From positions 2,728,001 through 2,792,000 of the forward strand of contig OX597828.1 in assembly GCA_951406725.2 (NCBI GenBank): a stretch of DNA of 64,000 nt, given 5' to 3'. Below the pieces are notes generated by a model. It saw only the letters and a program-made list of their open reading frames with translations, made no database searches and was not told the origin of the DNA. This document shows positions 28,217 to 43,852 of this stretch, one piece after another (position 1 is the first letter of the stretch; the number at the start of each line of letters is the position of its first letter). This stretch comes from Octopus vulgaris (lineage: Eukaryota). Made by a program: the position numbers and the translations under genes.

Positions 28217-28241
28217 TAGAGAGAGAGTGTGTGTGTGTGTG

Positions 28242-28285
<44 letters not shown>

Positions 28286-28509
28286 TGTGTGTGTGCGTGC
28301 GAGAGAGAGATAGAGAATATTGGTTTATGTATCTGCATGTGTATCTGCGTTTGTAAACGTCTGGGATGGTGTCAATGTTTTTATATATATATATATATTG
28401 TTTGTGATAGAAAATCAATGAAGCGGGATGTCTATATATTCATCTATTTATATATCTATATATATATATCTGTTAGTCTGCCTACCACTGTCTATCCCAT
28501 ATCAAGCGC

Positions 28510-28576
<67 letters not shown>

Positions 28577-28779
28577 ACCTCAACATCTGTGTACCTCTTA
28601 TCTGCCTCGTGATGCTTTATCCATTTAGCGACATCAAAGAATTACACGTACTTTTCATATTAGTACATTCTGGAGTTTAAAAGGTGAAACAGGCAGCAGC
28701 GTAAAATAATTAGTGAACAAACACACACACACACACACCTACTATTTTATAGTACAGCTATGTATGTGTGGATATACAC

Positions 28780-28836
28780 ATATATACATACATATATACG
28801 TACGTACATACATACATACATACATACATACATACA

Positions 28837-28870
<34 letters not shown>

Positions 28871-29214
28871 CCTACATACATACATATATACGTACGTACA
28901 TACATACATATATACATACATATATACATACATGCATACATACATACATATATATACGTACGTACGTACATACATACATGCATACATACATACATACATG
29001 CATACATACATACATACATATATACGTACGTACGTACATACATACATGCATGCATACATACATACATACATACATACATACATGCATACATACATATATA
29101 CGTACGTACGTACATACATACATGCATACATACATGCATACATACATACATACATACATACATACATACATACATACATACATACATACATACATACATA
29201 CATACATACATACA

Positions 29215-29248
<34 letters not shown>

Positions 29249-29322
29249 CGTACGTACGTACATACATATATACGTACGTACATACATACATACATACATA
29301 CATACATACATACATACATACA

Positions 29323-29356
<34 letters not shown>

Positions 29357-29412
29357 CGTACGTACGTACATACATGCATACATGCATACATACATACATA
29401 CATACATACATG

Positions 29413-29444
<32 letters not shown>

Positions 29445-29538
29445 CGTACGTACGTACATACATACATGCATACATACATACATACATACATACATACATA
29501 CATACATACATACATACATACATACATACATACATACA

Positions 29539-29570
<32 letters not shown>
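28780..29570. repeat. Compound (TACA)n microsatellite with TACG/TGCA variants
   Basis: Seen directly; source of the 270-290 aa pseudo-ORFs. Confidence 0.95.
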
Positions 29571-29572
<2 letters not shown>

Positions 29573-30001
29573 GAGAGAGAGGTGGGGGACGAGGATAGAG
29601 ACAGAGAGCTGGAAGGGTTATACGAAGTTTGAGTTCTAGGAAGGTTGATAGACAGGGAAGCAAAAATACAGGCTGACCTAACAAACAGACAATTAAATCG
29701 ATAAATTTAGAGACATAATTTGTTGATTAATGATTAAAAAGAAATAAAAGGCATGCTGCGAGATATATATATATATACGATAGATTGAGAGTTTCGTAGA
29801 TTGCGAAGCGGACAGACAGGTGCACATATAAATAGGTTGGTAGGAGACAGAGAGAGAGAGGGGTTTGCAGACAAAGAGAAACTGAAATTGCCTTAACGAA
29901 TAGAGAGGATGGTGGTGGGGAGGGGGATCATGCGTATGATTGGGCATATTTAAACATGACGGAGATGTCACTCTCCATCGACTGCGAAATGGTGGGAAAA
30001 A

Positions 30002-30040
<39 letters not shown>

Positions 30041-30120
30041 GTTCGAGCTAAATTTTATGATTTTTATGTCGCATTTTTTTTTTATGTATTGGTAAATAGT
30101 CAACGGTATTGTAGAACATC

Positions 30121-30352
30121 AAGGCGGCGAGCTGGCAGAATCGTTAGCACGCCCGGCGAAATGCGTAGCCGTATTTCGTCTGCCGTTACGTTCTGAGTTC
30201 AAATTCCGCCAGGTCGACTTTGCCTTTCATCCTTTTGGGGTCGATAAATTAAGTACCAGTTACGCACTGGAGTCGATATAATCGACTTAATCCGTTTGTC
30301 TGTCCTTGTTTGTCCCCTCTGTGTTTAGCCCCTTGTGAGTAGTAAAGAAATA
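30121..30352 (+). mobile_element. SINE family B (long-tail form) with 15-bp TSD ggtattgtagaacat
   Basis: TSD seen on both sides. Confidence 0.9.
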
Positions 30353-30369
30353 GGTATTGTAGAACATGA

Positions 30370-31091
30370 CATTAAGGACTAGACGTCATCTGAATATTGG
30401 AAAAAAGTTACCTGTCTCATGATAATTCGCGCCGGGTATCAAAATGCCCACATCATGTCTACTGCTCACTGCTCTTTGAGCACTGTAAAAGCCATAAGAA
30501 GTGATATGGACAACTGCAACGATGGCTACGAAATCGTGGGCAGCAGGAAGGGTCACAACAGGAAATCTGACTGCGTCCATACGCTGATATTCGTCCCCAC
30601 ATATTTGAATAGCGCCTTACGCTCAGTTCAGACGGCTATGTGAAGCTGATGGAAACTGTTCAATCTCTGTAGAGAGTTGCAGCTGGAAGGCCATATGTGT
30701 GGCAGCAGGATCCGGTTCCTTGCCACGCCTCCGGAGAGTCGGAAGTGGTTGTCGAAGAATTTCTACGACTTCACCAGCCCTAATTTCTGGCTTCTTAATC
30801 CCCTGATTGTAATTCCATTGATTACTATATGTGTAACGCAGTTGTGAAAAACACTAACCGCTCTGCTTACAACACCGTGACCAAGCTGGTGGCCAAGATC
30901 AAAGAGATGTTTGAAGATCTTACCAGGGATACAATGAGGAACGTATGCGCCAGGTTCTGGAGCTGTCTTGAGGTCGTGCTGGATGCTAAGCCATAATCTA
31001 GTTAATTTTAAAAAATACTTTTAGTTTTGGATGGGATATATTGTTTTCGCTTCCTTTTATACAAACTGTCAAATTTAGCACGGACACCCTG
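30370..31091 (+). mobile_element. Tc1/mariner-superfamily remnant
   Basis: YVWQQDPVPCH and PDCNSIDYY motifs; ends caccctg-TA. Confidence 0.7.
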
Positions 31092-32572
31092 TATTCCCGG
31101 CTGTCATGCGTTGGACAAAATTTTCAGAAGCCCGCATTTTAAGGCTGGATACCTTTTGTTATCCCACCGTTCCTTGTTTTGAAGCGAAATTTTTTTTATT
31201 CTGCGCTTCTGGGATTTTGTATCCATGCCGGTCGTTAGCACCGCCAAACAGTGCAAATATGAAATTGCGATGAGACATCCCCTACACACACATACAAAAA
31301 CCCACACATGCATACACACACATACATAAACACAAATACATGCTTACAATGAGGTTCCGTAATGTTGAGCCCAAAATACTGATAATAAGGCCACAAAAGA
31401 TAAATTATTCTTATTCGATGTTAATTTTTCTAATAACTATAGGCACAGAAAATTATTTAACATGACGTTGCACTACCAATATGAAGAATCTAATTACTTA
31501 CAAAATCTTCTGAAATAACAGGGGAGTGCTGTAGGTGCAGAAATACTAATGTGTATCCCCTAAACCTGTTATGTAACTGTAATCGTGTATGAAACAAAGT
31601 CAACTAGACCAAGCCAAAGCTTGTTTCCAGAGTCATCATAAGGTTATACTTTATTTTTCACTTTTCTTTCAGACATATAGTTATTAGTAATGTCATAGAA
31701 TGACCTTTTACGTCTAGGATACGAAGGAATATGATACTGATTTTAACATCCATTGGAAGATCTTTGAAGGAAAAAGGTCTTTGTAAGAAGAGAAATAAAA
31801 TATAAAAATTATATACAACTGAGAACTCTGAAAAATTTCTTAGTTTTCAGAGATTTCGTAATACAGTAATTAGATCCAAAGTCTGAAATTTTTACTGAGT
31901 CACTTCAACAAGTATAACATTTAAAAATAATACCATCACCGGACTGAACAGGCCTACGCTTAACTTTCACCTGCCATTTTGATCATGCTAGTTACCTTTA
32001 AACATAGCAATGTGATTTTCCCCTCTGTCTCATTAAATCCTCCATATGTATTATTTTTGTGTGCATGTGTATATTTGCATGACATCTGTGTATATATACT
32101 TTCGCATTCGATATGTTGAACTCATTTTGGTTCATAGAATCGAAATGAGTTCAGTAAAAACGCGTAAAATCTTCCTGCGAACTCATTCAAGGAAATAAGT
32201 TCAAAACAAGCATGTAGGCGATTCCTTGAAGTTATTCCTTTGTATTTTACATTTCTACCCTTTGGTCTATTCTTTTTCTAATATTTCTTTCTTCTCCTCG
32301 TATTTTAATACATTTTTTTTCTTTTCTTCGGCTTTTCTTTTTATATTTCTTTACTTATTGAATTTATACAAGCTTTATAGGGAGAGACACGAGTTGTGCC
32401 CCTAATTCTGCTGCTTTCTTAGCATTTTCTACCAGCTGTCGTTGTTGTCTTCTGAAATTAGAACATTTTTGATCAGATCATTGTCCGGTGATTGCTAAAT
32501 TAGTTAACTAATTCGTTGGGCACGAATCTGAGCGACAATGCGCAATCTATAAACGACTGTCACGTTATACAT

Positions 32573-32659
<87 letters not shown>

Positions 32660-33053
32660 TCCTTCGTCGAATTCAACGATGAGCGTTCTGTTTTGATGTT
32701 CGATCAACTGAGTGTTCGATTCGATAAATTGAGGTGTAAGCGGCGTGTACGCTTAACGTAATTCCCTAACCTAATTGATTTACATATCACAATATATCAC
32801 AAGGTTGAATATTTTGCATTACGGGTACAATTTACCCGATGGGCTTCTACATTCCCTTCTATCTAATTTCGACCAGTGTTTGGCTCCAGCCGAGGCCAAA
32901 GACACATGTCGAAGATGCCACGCAGTGTGATCGAACTCTGGATCTCATGATTGCCAGTAAACTTCTGAACCCCTCAGACATACTTACGTCTGTCACATAT
33001 ATTACATATAATACTATGTTTGTGTGAATAAATATATGTAATATTTATGTATA

Positions 33054-33100
<47 letters not shown>

Positions 33101-33102
33101 GT

Positions 33103-33181
<79 letters not shown>

Positions 33182-33753
33182 CTAATATACATACTAATAT
33201 ACATATGTATCTACACTCTTATTTGACTTTCGGAACTGGTAAGAAACAATAGGTGGTTTAACCAACATATTTCAAAAACAAAAAAAAGTGAGACAGACAG
33301 ACAGAATTCTATCAAGTTTGTGAGTTAACTTCAGTGCGGATCGAAACGGCTGATTCGAATAAGAAAACATTTGTTTTCCACCACAACCATCATATATAGA
33401 TATCATAAAATCGGAATAATCGAATTTATCGATGAAGGCGTAGATATCACAGATTTCTCATTCTTAGGTTCCCTAATTCTCTTTCACTCTTTTTCCTACT
33501 ATCTCTCCCCCCCTCTCTCTCTCTCTCTCTCTCCCTCTATCTCTTTCTCTGAGTGGAACCTGCTCGGTGGGGATCGACTCCGCTAAGTTTAAATGCCCAA
33601 GGTACACCACATATCGCGGCGGCGTCCCTAAGGCTCCATCGGATTTTGGGAGCTAAATAAAGATGCATATCTGCATACATGCAATTTATATATACACATA
33701 TATATATGCATTATATACACACACACACACACACACACATATATACATATATA

Positions 33754-33812
<59 letters not shown>

Positions 33813-33821
33813 CATACATGT

Positions 33822-33877
<56 letters not shown>

Positions 33878-33937
33878 AACATACATACATACATTCATAC
33901 ATATATCTATACATACATACATATATACATACATACA

Positions 33938-33971
<34 letters not shown>

Positions 33972-35173
33972 CATACATACATACATACATATATATTCGT
34001 ATGTGTGTGTGTGTTGACATACAGGTGTGCGCGTGTCGATGCATGACATTTCACGTCTACCTCTAAATAAATAAACATTTATGATGTTACGAAGTAAACA
34101 GCGAGAGAAGAAAAAGCGATGTACGACGTCTGCATCAGTCCGTCCGGCTCGACTGTAGAATTGCGGGTGTCGTTCAATATATGATTATTGCGTGTGTATA
34201 TGTGTGCACTAGCTGGCCTTTTTGTCTGTGTAGTGTTTTACGTAGCGTAAGTGCTTCCATGTCGGATGATTATTATACGTGGTCGCCTGGTGATACAACG
34301 GATAGGTATCGCTACATGTCTGGGATAATATTTTGGGGATACCACCGTGGAATTGTAATGCTAAATACCCAAGTCGTAAACCCAATGTTACAGAGGTGGG
34401 TATTAGCCCTCGTTTCCTACCCGACAGGTTCAGTGAAACCGTTAATATTCGAAGCACGGGTATAGAATATCAACTTCGTAAAACCGGCAAGCGATGTTAT
34501 CTAATATATATACAAGTGTTCATTATAGAGGTTGGTAAACGTTAATTAAATATTATATACGCTTGTGTATGCGTGTGTGAGTGCACACAGCTTTATATAA
34601 GCATTTGCTAGTATACACATGTGTATACATATATATACGCATTCATATGCATCTTTCATTCATTCTCTTTCTCTCCCTTTCATTGTACACATGTGCGCGA
34701 TATGTTTTCATACACACATGCATACCAACCTACCTACCCACCTCGCTCCTTCCCACCCTCCCTGCCTACCTACCCACCTACCTACCTACCTACCAACATA
34801 CATACAAAAATACATACGTACATACATACATACATACATACATACATACATACATACATACATACATACATACATACATACATACATACGTACATACATA
34901 CATATATGTATGTATGTAATGCGTAATGTCGCATAGTGTACTTCGGTGATAGCAGAGAAATTACCTACGCGTAAATAGAGTAACATTCCATTCATGTCCT
35001 TGGAATATGCATACATACATACACATACGCATACACATACATAAACACATACATACATGCATACATAATACATACATACATGCATACATGCATACATACA
35101 AACGTATATTCATATATGCATACATACAAACGTATATGCATACTTATGTGTCTGTATCTATAGATACGTACAC

Positions 35174-35239
<66 letters not shown>

Positions 35240-35532
35240 TTATACGTATTAACATATAAACGCATGTTTTCGATCCCTTATTCTGTTTCTCTGACAGTTC
35301 CCTTCCAGCTCCATTATTTTTCAAGAGATCAAAGAAACAACATTCATTACCCATTGAGAGATGCTTGTGATTCCAAAAGATTAAGTTTCTCTATTGCAGT
35401 ACTGCTTACAATGTATTCAATTTCATGTATATACATACATAAATGGGCATATATACACTCACAGTTGAGTGTATGACAATATGGATAATTACATGCATAT
35501 ATACATGCTTATATATGTGTGTGTATATACAT

Positions 35533-35610
<78 letters not shown>

Positions 35611-35753
35611 GCACAGATATGCCTAAATGCAAACCTATACAATTTCAAGCATATACACAATGATTTGTAGATTCATAATGATGTATATACGCATGTGTGT
35701 GTATGTATCTATTTATGTCTATATGCATTTGTATGAATGTATGTGTATATATA

Positions 35754-35784
<31 letters not shown>

Positions 35785-35925
35785 ATGTATGTATGTATGT
35801 ATGTATGTATGTATGTATATGTGTGTGTGTATTTGTGTGTCTGTGTGTTTGTATGTATATATATATATATATATATATCCGAAAATGAAGCACACATTCT
35901 CTCTCCTCTCTCTCTCTCTCTCTCT

Positions 35926-35973
<48 letters not shown>

Positions 35974-36861
35974 AATGTTAAAAAACAATAAATTCACAAA
36001 CATTGATGCTTGCACACATATAGATCTGTATATATACACACACATATATACATGTGTATGCGTGTATGTACATGTGTATATTTATGTACGGATGTATTTA
36101 TTCGTCTGTGTTCTTTCGGAAGAACAGAGTTTACAGAGCCAAATAAAGTACTCAATACTTCAAGAAGTAGTGTCCGATTTCCTCCATTAGTTGAATATTT
36201 TCCTAAGTAAATTCTGTTTCGGGAACCAGAAGTAACTTTTTGTGTGTGTGTGTGTCTGTCTGTCTGTGTGTGTGTGTCTGTCTGTGTGTGTGTGTCTGTC
36301 TGTGTGTGTGTGTCTATCTGTGTGTGTGTGTCTGTCTGTGTGTGGGCGTGTGTGCGCATGTGTGCGTGTGTATACATATGTGTTTGAATGTATGCATGTG
36401 TGTTTATATATGTATATTCATATATATGGATACATACATACACACACATACGTACCGCATACCTCAACTTGCGTCGTTTCGAGTTGAGTCTTTTTCGACT
36501 TTACGTTTTCTTTTCAAAATTTATAAAATAACTCTTAAAAACCAATGCTGAAGTGGAAAATCAAATAAAAACACGTGAAAATATGTACAAAACCATTTAT
36601 TAAAACAGAGAAGCTCATAAATTTCTTAAGAATATTTTTTCGCTTTACGTCACTTATTCGAGTTCAGTCGCACGTCTTGGAACCAAATAACGACGTAAGT
36701 TGAGGTATAGCTGTACACATACATGTGATGTGTATAGCTGTCTATGTAAAGAGAATCGTATGTGTATGTATGTATATAAGTTGTATGTATATAATTTCAC
36801 TCATACACATTCAAGTACCTATATATGTATATGTGTGCATACCTCTCTCTCTTTCTTTCTT

Positions 36862-36893
<32 letters not shown>

Positions 36894-37244
36894 CGCATAT
36901 ACCCTATGTGTTCGGCAATCGATTTAATTATTGATTATTGTTTACTAAAACGTTTGTAATGAATTATCTGAAATATCAGCAATTTGTTTTCTTTTATACA
37001 CAAAATACACACACAATATATACATACATATATATTTGTACGTTATATTACATTATATCATTTTATATCATTATATATTTTATTATATTATATTATATAT
37101 TGTATAGTGTGTCAGTATATATGTATTTGTATGTATATATACTTCGAGGTTGATATGCAGATCATGCATTTAGTTGCTTCATTTCACAGATGAATAAAAC
37201 CTTGAAATTCTCTGTATGAATAGCTATCCGTGTAAAAGCTTATA

Positions 37245-37296
<52 letters not shown>

Positions 37297-37299
<3 letters not shown>

Positions 37300-37640
37300 G
37301 TTGGTTTCCTTGTCCTGTTTTTATTCTTTATGTGTACTGTATTTTTATTTGTATTGCTTTTACGTCCTGTTCTTGTCACTTTTTTTCTTTTTTTACCCCT
37401 CTGCAAAAGAATTTTATTTAATTCATTTTGCAGGAAGGATTGCTTCGGCCGGATCGTGTTCTGCCCTTACCTTCGAAATATGCATTGAGTCGAACCAGGG
37501 GCAGCTGATGAAGGGGAATATCCCTTGTATTGTTTGTCTTGTACTCTGTTTTTTCGTTTTTAAAAAAAGTCCGTTTCCTTGTTTGTTTTTATGTTTTCGT
37601 TTCTCGTTGTGTTCTACGTTTATTTGTGGTGTCCTGTACT
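37297..37640 (+). mobile_element. (TA)n-embedded pyrimidine-rich cassette; related copies at 39431-39612 (-) and 21920-22020 (-)
   Basis: The 37.5 and 39.6 kb copies share cagCTGATGAAGGGG...cctt and the ending gtggtgtcctgtac; the 21.9 kb match is compositional only. Confidence 0.55.
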
Positions 37641-37714
<74 letters not shown>

Positions 37715-38860
37715 TATATATACACATATGCGTTATATATATGAGTATGTTAAGAAAGAGGAGGAGGCATATATGGATGTGTGGATCTTTTTGCATATGT
37801 AGTAACGGATAATATTTGGTAAGGTGAGAACTTCTGGCTATTTTTTTAATAGTCAACTGTGCATGTTTATGCATGCATGCATGTATGTGACAACGTGCAC
37901 ATTCAAACATACATACAAGATGTGTGTGTACGGTTAGAGCGCGCGCGCGTGTGTGTGTGCATGCGTGTTGATTCCGCCGTATCATATTACTATATGCACA
38001 TGCGTATTATACATACTATGTTTATGTGTGTGTGTGTAAAAATGATTATGCATCTATCGATGTGTATGCGTGTCTGTGGGGTACTCAGCCACTTGTACGT
38101 TAATTCCACGAGCAGGCTGTTCCGTTGATCGGATCAACTGGAACCGTCGTCGTCGCAACCGACGGAGTGCCAGTATGTATGAACATACGTGTGTATAAAT
38201 TTATTTAGTTTTTTTTTTTTAATAATTTACGCCACAATTTTCAGTTATTTTACAATATATTTGTGGGTGTGTAACTGTTTCGATCGTCGGTCGGCAGCTG
38301 TGCTGGAGCACCGCATGTACATACAAACATAAATGTGTGCGAGCGTGTGTGCGTGTGTGTGTGTGTAATGTGTATGTGCATGTGTGTGTATGTGTTTATG
38401 TGTGTGTGTGCATGTGTGTGTTTATGTGTGTATGCATGTGTGTGTGTGAGTGCATGTGTGTGTGCATGTGTGTGTGTGCATGTGTGTGTGCGTGTGTATG
38501 TTTGTGTGTGTGTGTGTGCATGTGTGTGTGTTTATGTGTGTGTGTATGTGTGTTTGTGTGTGTGTGTGTGTGCATGTGTGTGTGCATGTGTGTGTGTTTG
38601 TGTGTGTGTATGTGTGTGTGCATGTGTGTGTGCATGTGTGTGTGTTTGTGTGTGTGTATGTGTGTGTGCATGTGTGTGTGTATGTGTGTGTGTGTCTACG
38701 ACGAAGTATATTCATGTTTCGTTCATTCAGGTCAGTGTGACTCGATGTATTCAAAACACAGCTGAATGCAGATATGCATGCGTACATTGATGTCAGATTC
38801 TCGTCTGATGCACTTTTCTCTCGTGTGCATTATATAGTATGCGTATACGAGATTATATAC

Positions 38861-39270
38861 AGGCGCAGGCGTGGCTGTGTAGTAAGAAGCTTGCTTCTCA
38901 ACCACATGGTTCCGGGTTCGGTCTCATTGCGTGGCACCTTGAGCAAGTGTCTTCTACTATAACCTCGGGCCGGCCAAAGCCACGTGAGTGGATTTAGAAG
39001 ATGGAAATTGAAAGAAGCCCAACATATATGTGTATGTGTGTGTGTGTGTGTGTCTTCGTGTCTGTGTTTGACCCCCTCCCCACCATCGCTGGACAACCGA
39101 TGTTGGTGTGTTTATGACCCCTTAACTCAGCGATTCGGCAAAAGAGACGATAGAATATGTACTAGGCTTGCAAACAATAAGTCCTGAGGTCGATTTCTTC
39201 GAGTAAAACTCTCTAAGGCGGTGCTCCAACATGGCCGCAGTCAAATGACTGAAACATGTAAAAGAATAAA
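38861..39270 (+). mobile_element. SINE family A
   Basis: Full match. Confidence 0.85.
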
Positions 39271-39337
<67 letters not shown>

Positions 39338-39610
39338 GTGTAATAAATAAAATATATGCATACATACAAACATATATGTACGTACCGACATCTACATGTA
39401 TATATACATGCATATATAAATATATATACGTACAGGACACCACAAGAAGACGTAAAAATCAACAGAAACGAAAACGGAAAAGCCATTTTGTTACAACAGA
39501 AGGACAGAGACGTGGAACAAGACGAAAACAGGAAAAACATTATGTACAGCAGAAAAACGAAGTACAGGACATGCTGCACAAGGAAAAATCCCCTTCATCA
39601 GCTGTCGCTA

Positions 39611-39682
<72 letters not shown>

Positions 39683-39796
39683 TCTGGACACTAAATCCTT
39701 CAGAAATTCCATGCTTTCCAAAACTGACCTACACTACTCCCGGCTCTTGACATGTTTATGCACACTTTCTTCTTTCTGACTTGTTCCTTTTTGTCT

Positions 39797-40037
39797 TTAC
39801 TCTTTTACTCTTTTATTTTTTTTCTTTTTTACTTGTTTCAGTCATTTGACTGCGGCCATGCTGGAACACCGCCTTTAATCGAGCAACTTGACTCCGGGAC
39901 TTATTCTTTTGTAAGCCCAGTACTTATTCTATCGGTCTCTTTTGCCGAACCGCTAAGTAACGGGGACATAAACACACCAGCATCGGCTGTCAAGCAATGC
40001 TAGGGGGACAAACACAGACACACAAACACACACACGC

Positions 40038-40095
<58 letters not shown>

Positions 40096-40257
40096 CGATA
40101 GGCTTCTCTCAGTTTCCGTCTACCAAATTCACCCTCAAGTCACTGGTCGGTCCGGGGGTATAGTAGAAGACACTTGTCCAAGGTGCCACGCAGTAAGATT
40201 GAACCTGAAACTATGTGATTAGGAAGCAATCTTCTTACCACACAGCCACGCCTGCTT
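39797..40257 (-). mobile_element. SINE family A
   Basis: Full match. Confidence 0.85.
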
Positions 40258-40537
40258 CAATGTTTCTGTTTTTCCCTGTCTTATTGTACTTTTGGCTATC
40301 ATTGCTGCCATGACTTCCTGCTGATTTCTGTCCCTTTTTTTGTTCTACCCTTTTCTGGCACCGGAACACTTTCTGTTTCATTCTCTCAGGGTTGGTAAAA
40401 TAAGTACCAGCTGCCAACCAATTAGGATCGATGTAATACACTTCTCGCCTTCCCTGAATTCATTGGCCTTGTGCCCATATCATTATTATTATTATCATTA
40501 TTATTATTATTATTACTACTACTACTACTACTACTAC

Positions 40538-40706
40538 GGCAAGCTAGCAGAATCGTTAGCACGCCGGGCGAAATGCTTAGCGAGATCGATTTTGCTTTTC
40601 ATCCTTTCGGGGTCGAAAAATTAAGTACCAGTCGAGTGCTGGAGTCAATGTGATTGACTGTCCCCCTCCCCACAAAATCCAGTCCTTGTGCCTATAGTAG
40701 AAAGGG

Positions 40707-40746
<40 letters not shown>

Positions 40747-40940
40747 AAGGCAGCGAGCTAGCAGAATGGTTAGCGATACTTCGTTCGTCTTTACGTTCTG
40801 AGTTCAAATTCCGCCAAGGTTGACTTCGCCTTTCATCCTTTCGGGGTCGACAAAATAAGCACCAATTGAGTACTAGGGTCGATGTAATCAACCTAACCCC
40901 TACCTCAAAAATTTCAGCCCTTGTGCCTTTAGTAGAAAGA
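40538..40940 (+). mobile_element. Two tandem SINE family B copies separated by (GTT)n
   Basis: Both contain the family B core. Confidence 0.75.
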
Positions 40941-40991
40941 ATTATTGTTGCTGTTGTTGTTGACGACGACGATGATGATGATGATGATGAT

Positions 40992-41047
<56 letters not shown>

Positions 41048-41584
41048 GAAACAAGTATCAATGAAACACCGATAGGTTAGACATTTAAAGCTAATCAGAT
41101 AAGCAGAGGGAGGGTGAGAAAGAGAGATAAAGAGAGAGAGAGATAGCGTGAGAGAGTGGGAAAAAGAGGAAGAGAGAGAGAGAAGAAAAGAACTGACAGT
41201 GATAAAAGAAAGAGACAAGGTACATGATAGTGATTGTGAAAGTGAAAGTGCGACTGTTGATCTAGAAAAGAACAAGATTTTGTTGTGTCGAAGCAACAAT
41301 GCGAGAATGCACTGGATGCCGCATTACTCCTGCAGTCACTTCGACGACTTGTATATCTTATATGCAATGTTTGTTTTCATTTATAATTTGCATTTATTTC
41401 CGTTACTCTTCGATTTCCTGTTTTCATTGATAATCAGCGCCGATAAATTAAACGAATACATGATTGTTTATTACTTTATAAATGTGTGTAGGGAGGTATG
41501 TATATATATGTATGTATGTCAGTATGTATACATGTACGTATGTATGTTTACATGTACGTATGTATATTTACATGTATGTAACAT

Positions 41585-41945
41585 GTACGTATATATGTGT
41601 ATGTATGGATGTATACATGTACGTATGTATGTGTATGTATGGATGTATACATGTACGTATGTATGTGTATGTATGGATGTATACATGTACGTATATATGT
41701 GTATGTATGGATGTATACATGTACGTATGTATGTGTATGTATGGATGTATACATGTATGTATGTATGTGTATGTATGGATGTATACATGTATGTATGTAT
41801 GTGTATGTATGGATGTATACATGTACGTATATATGTGTATGTATGGATGTATACATGTACGTATGTATGTGTATGTATGGATGTATACATGTACGTATGT
41901 ATGTGTATGTATGGATGTATACATGTATGTATGTATGTGTATGTA
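41585..41945. repeat. 34-bp minisatellite, about 10 copies
   Basis: ggat recurs every 34 bp from 41607 to 41913. Confidence 0.9.
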
Positions 41946-42202
41946 TGTGTACACACAGAAACACACATAAAGAATAAATAAACATACGCAAACACAGCAC
42001 GTTTATATGAATAGATAGAAAGATAAATTAATGAATGAATTAATGGATGGATGGATGGAAATGAGTTTTTGAAAGACGAGTAGGACAAGGCACTTGATGC
42101 TGAGATTGCGAAAGGAGAGGAGTTAAACTCGTGCTAAAAGTAGAGGTAACCTGCTTCCCTTTGTATACCCCTATTTCCATAATAGATCGATCGATAGAGA
42201 GG

Positions 42203-42266
<64 letters not shown>

Positions 42267-42342
42267 CAGACATGATGTTTTAGAGGGATCGTTTTTCTAG
42301 GTTCTGTTTAGGGTTTCCTCGGGTCACGCTGCAGCTATATGT

Positions 42343-42471
<129 letters not shown>

Positions 42472-43028
42472 CCCCCCAGTATACAGGTGTGTATGTCTAT
42501 GCGTATTGAATATTTCTCAGTATGTTTGTATATTGGTCCTCCGTCGGTTACGACGACGAGAGTTTCAGTCGATCCAGTCTACGGAACAGCTTGCTCGTGA
42601 AATTAACGTGCAAGTGGCTGAGCACTCTTCAGACACGCGTACCCTTAACGTAATTCCCAGGGAGATTCTGCGTGATTCAGAATGTGACAAGGCTGGCCTT
42701 TTGAAATACAGGTACTGCAGACACATACACGTAAATATTATGATTGTTATTTTTATATATTAAATTGGGGACAGAAATACCAAACGCTATGAGTGAATGC
42801 CCGACGTTATTTAGCAACATTTTCTAACGTTGTTTGTTACAATCATAACTAGTAAAATAAGTACCAGTTATATGTTGAAATCGTTTCGTTTGACCGCTAC
42901 TGCTCTCATTAAGGTAGAAAAGTGAAAAATATTTATTGAGGATGTTGATCGCTTCTTTTATACGTCTGTAGGCTGCTACAATGTTACACTGAACATTATC
43001 GTATCGTGTAATTTATTATTTACCTTGA

Positions 43029-43213
43029 GGGCATGGTTGTGTAGTTAAGGAGCGCGCCTTGCAGCCACGCGGTTTCGGGTTCAATCTCACTGCGTGGCAC
43101 ATTGAACATGCGTCTTGTACTACAACCTTGGGCCGACCAATGCCTTGTGGGTGAATTTAGCAGACGGAAATTATGCGAAAACCCGTCGTGTGTGTATATA
43201 CATATACGCGCGC

Positions 43214-43246
<33 letters not shown>

Positions 43247-43491
43247 CATGTTGATCCCCACCACCGCCTGACAAAAGGTACTGGTTTGTTTACGTCCCCA
43301 TTCGGCAGCAGTGACCAATAAAATATGGCGCAGGAGTGGCTGTGTGGTAAGTAGCTTGTTCACCAACCACATGGTTCCGGGTTCAGTCCCACTGCGGGGC
43401 ACCTTGAGCAAGTGTCTTCTACTATAGCCTCGGGCCGACCAAAGCCTTGTGAGTGAATTTGGTAGACGGAAACTGAAAGAAGCCCGTCGTA

Positions 43492-43537
<46 letters not shown>

Positions 43538-43852
43538 TTTGTGTGTCTGTGTTTGTCCCCCCAACATTGCTTGACAACCGATGCTGGTGTGTTTATGTTC
43601 CCGTTATTTAGCAGTTCGGCAAAAGAGACCGGTAGAATGAGTACTGGGCTTACAAAAGAATAAGTCCCGGGGTCGAGTTGCTCGATTAAAGGCGGTGCTC
43701 CAGCATGGCCGCAGTCAACTGACTGAAACAAGTAAAAGAGTAAAAGAGAGTAAAGAGTAAAATATAGGAAGAAGGGTTGCTTTATTCAACTGAGCTCTTC
43801 AAGCTTCTGCCTCTGCGCGGTCGCAGTCCAGTGACCGACACAAGTAAAAGAT
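43029..43852 (+). mobile_element. Old SINE A interrupted by a young SINE A (43327-43760)
   Basis: Diverged head at 43029-43320, near-consensus copy, then the diverged tail. Confidence 0.75.

Noticed and set aside
28713-29684. ORFs of 270-290 aa
   Set aside because: Translations of (TACA)n; open on both strands because the repeat lacks stop codons.
34181-34545. Overlapping short ORFs in a non-repetitive island
   Set aside because: No motif or splice support.
41585-41945. CRISPR-like periodicity
   Set aside because: No unique spacers, and the context is eukaryotic.
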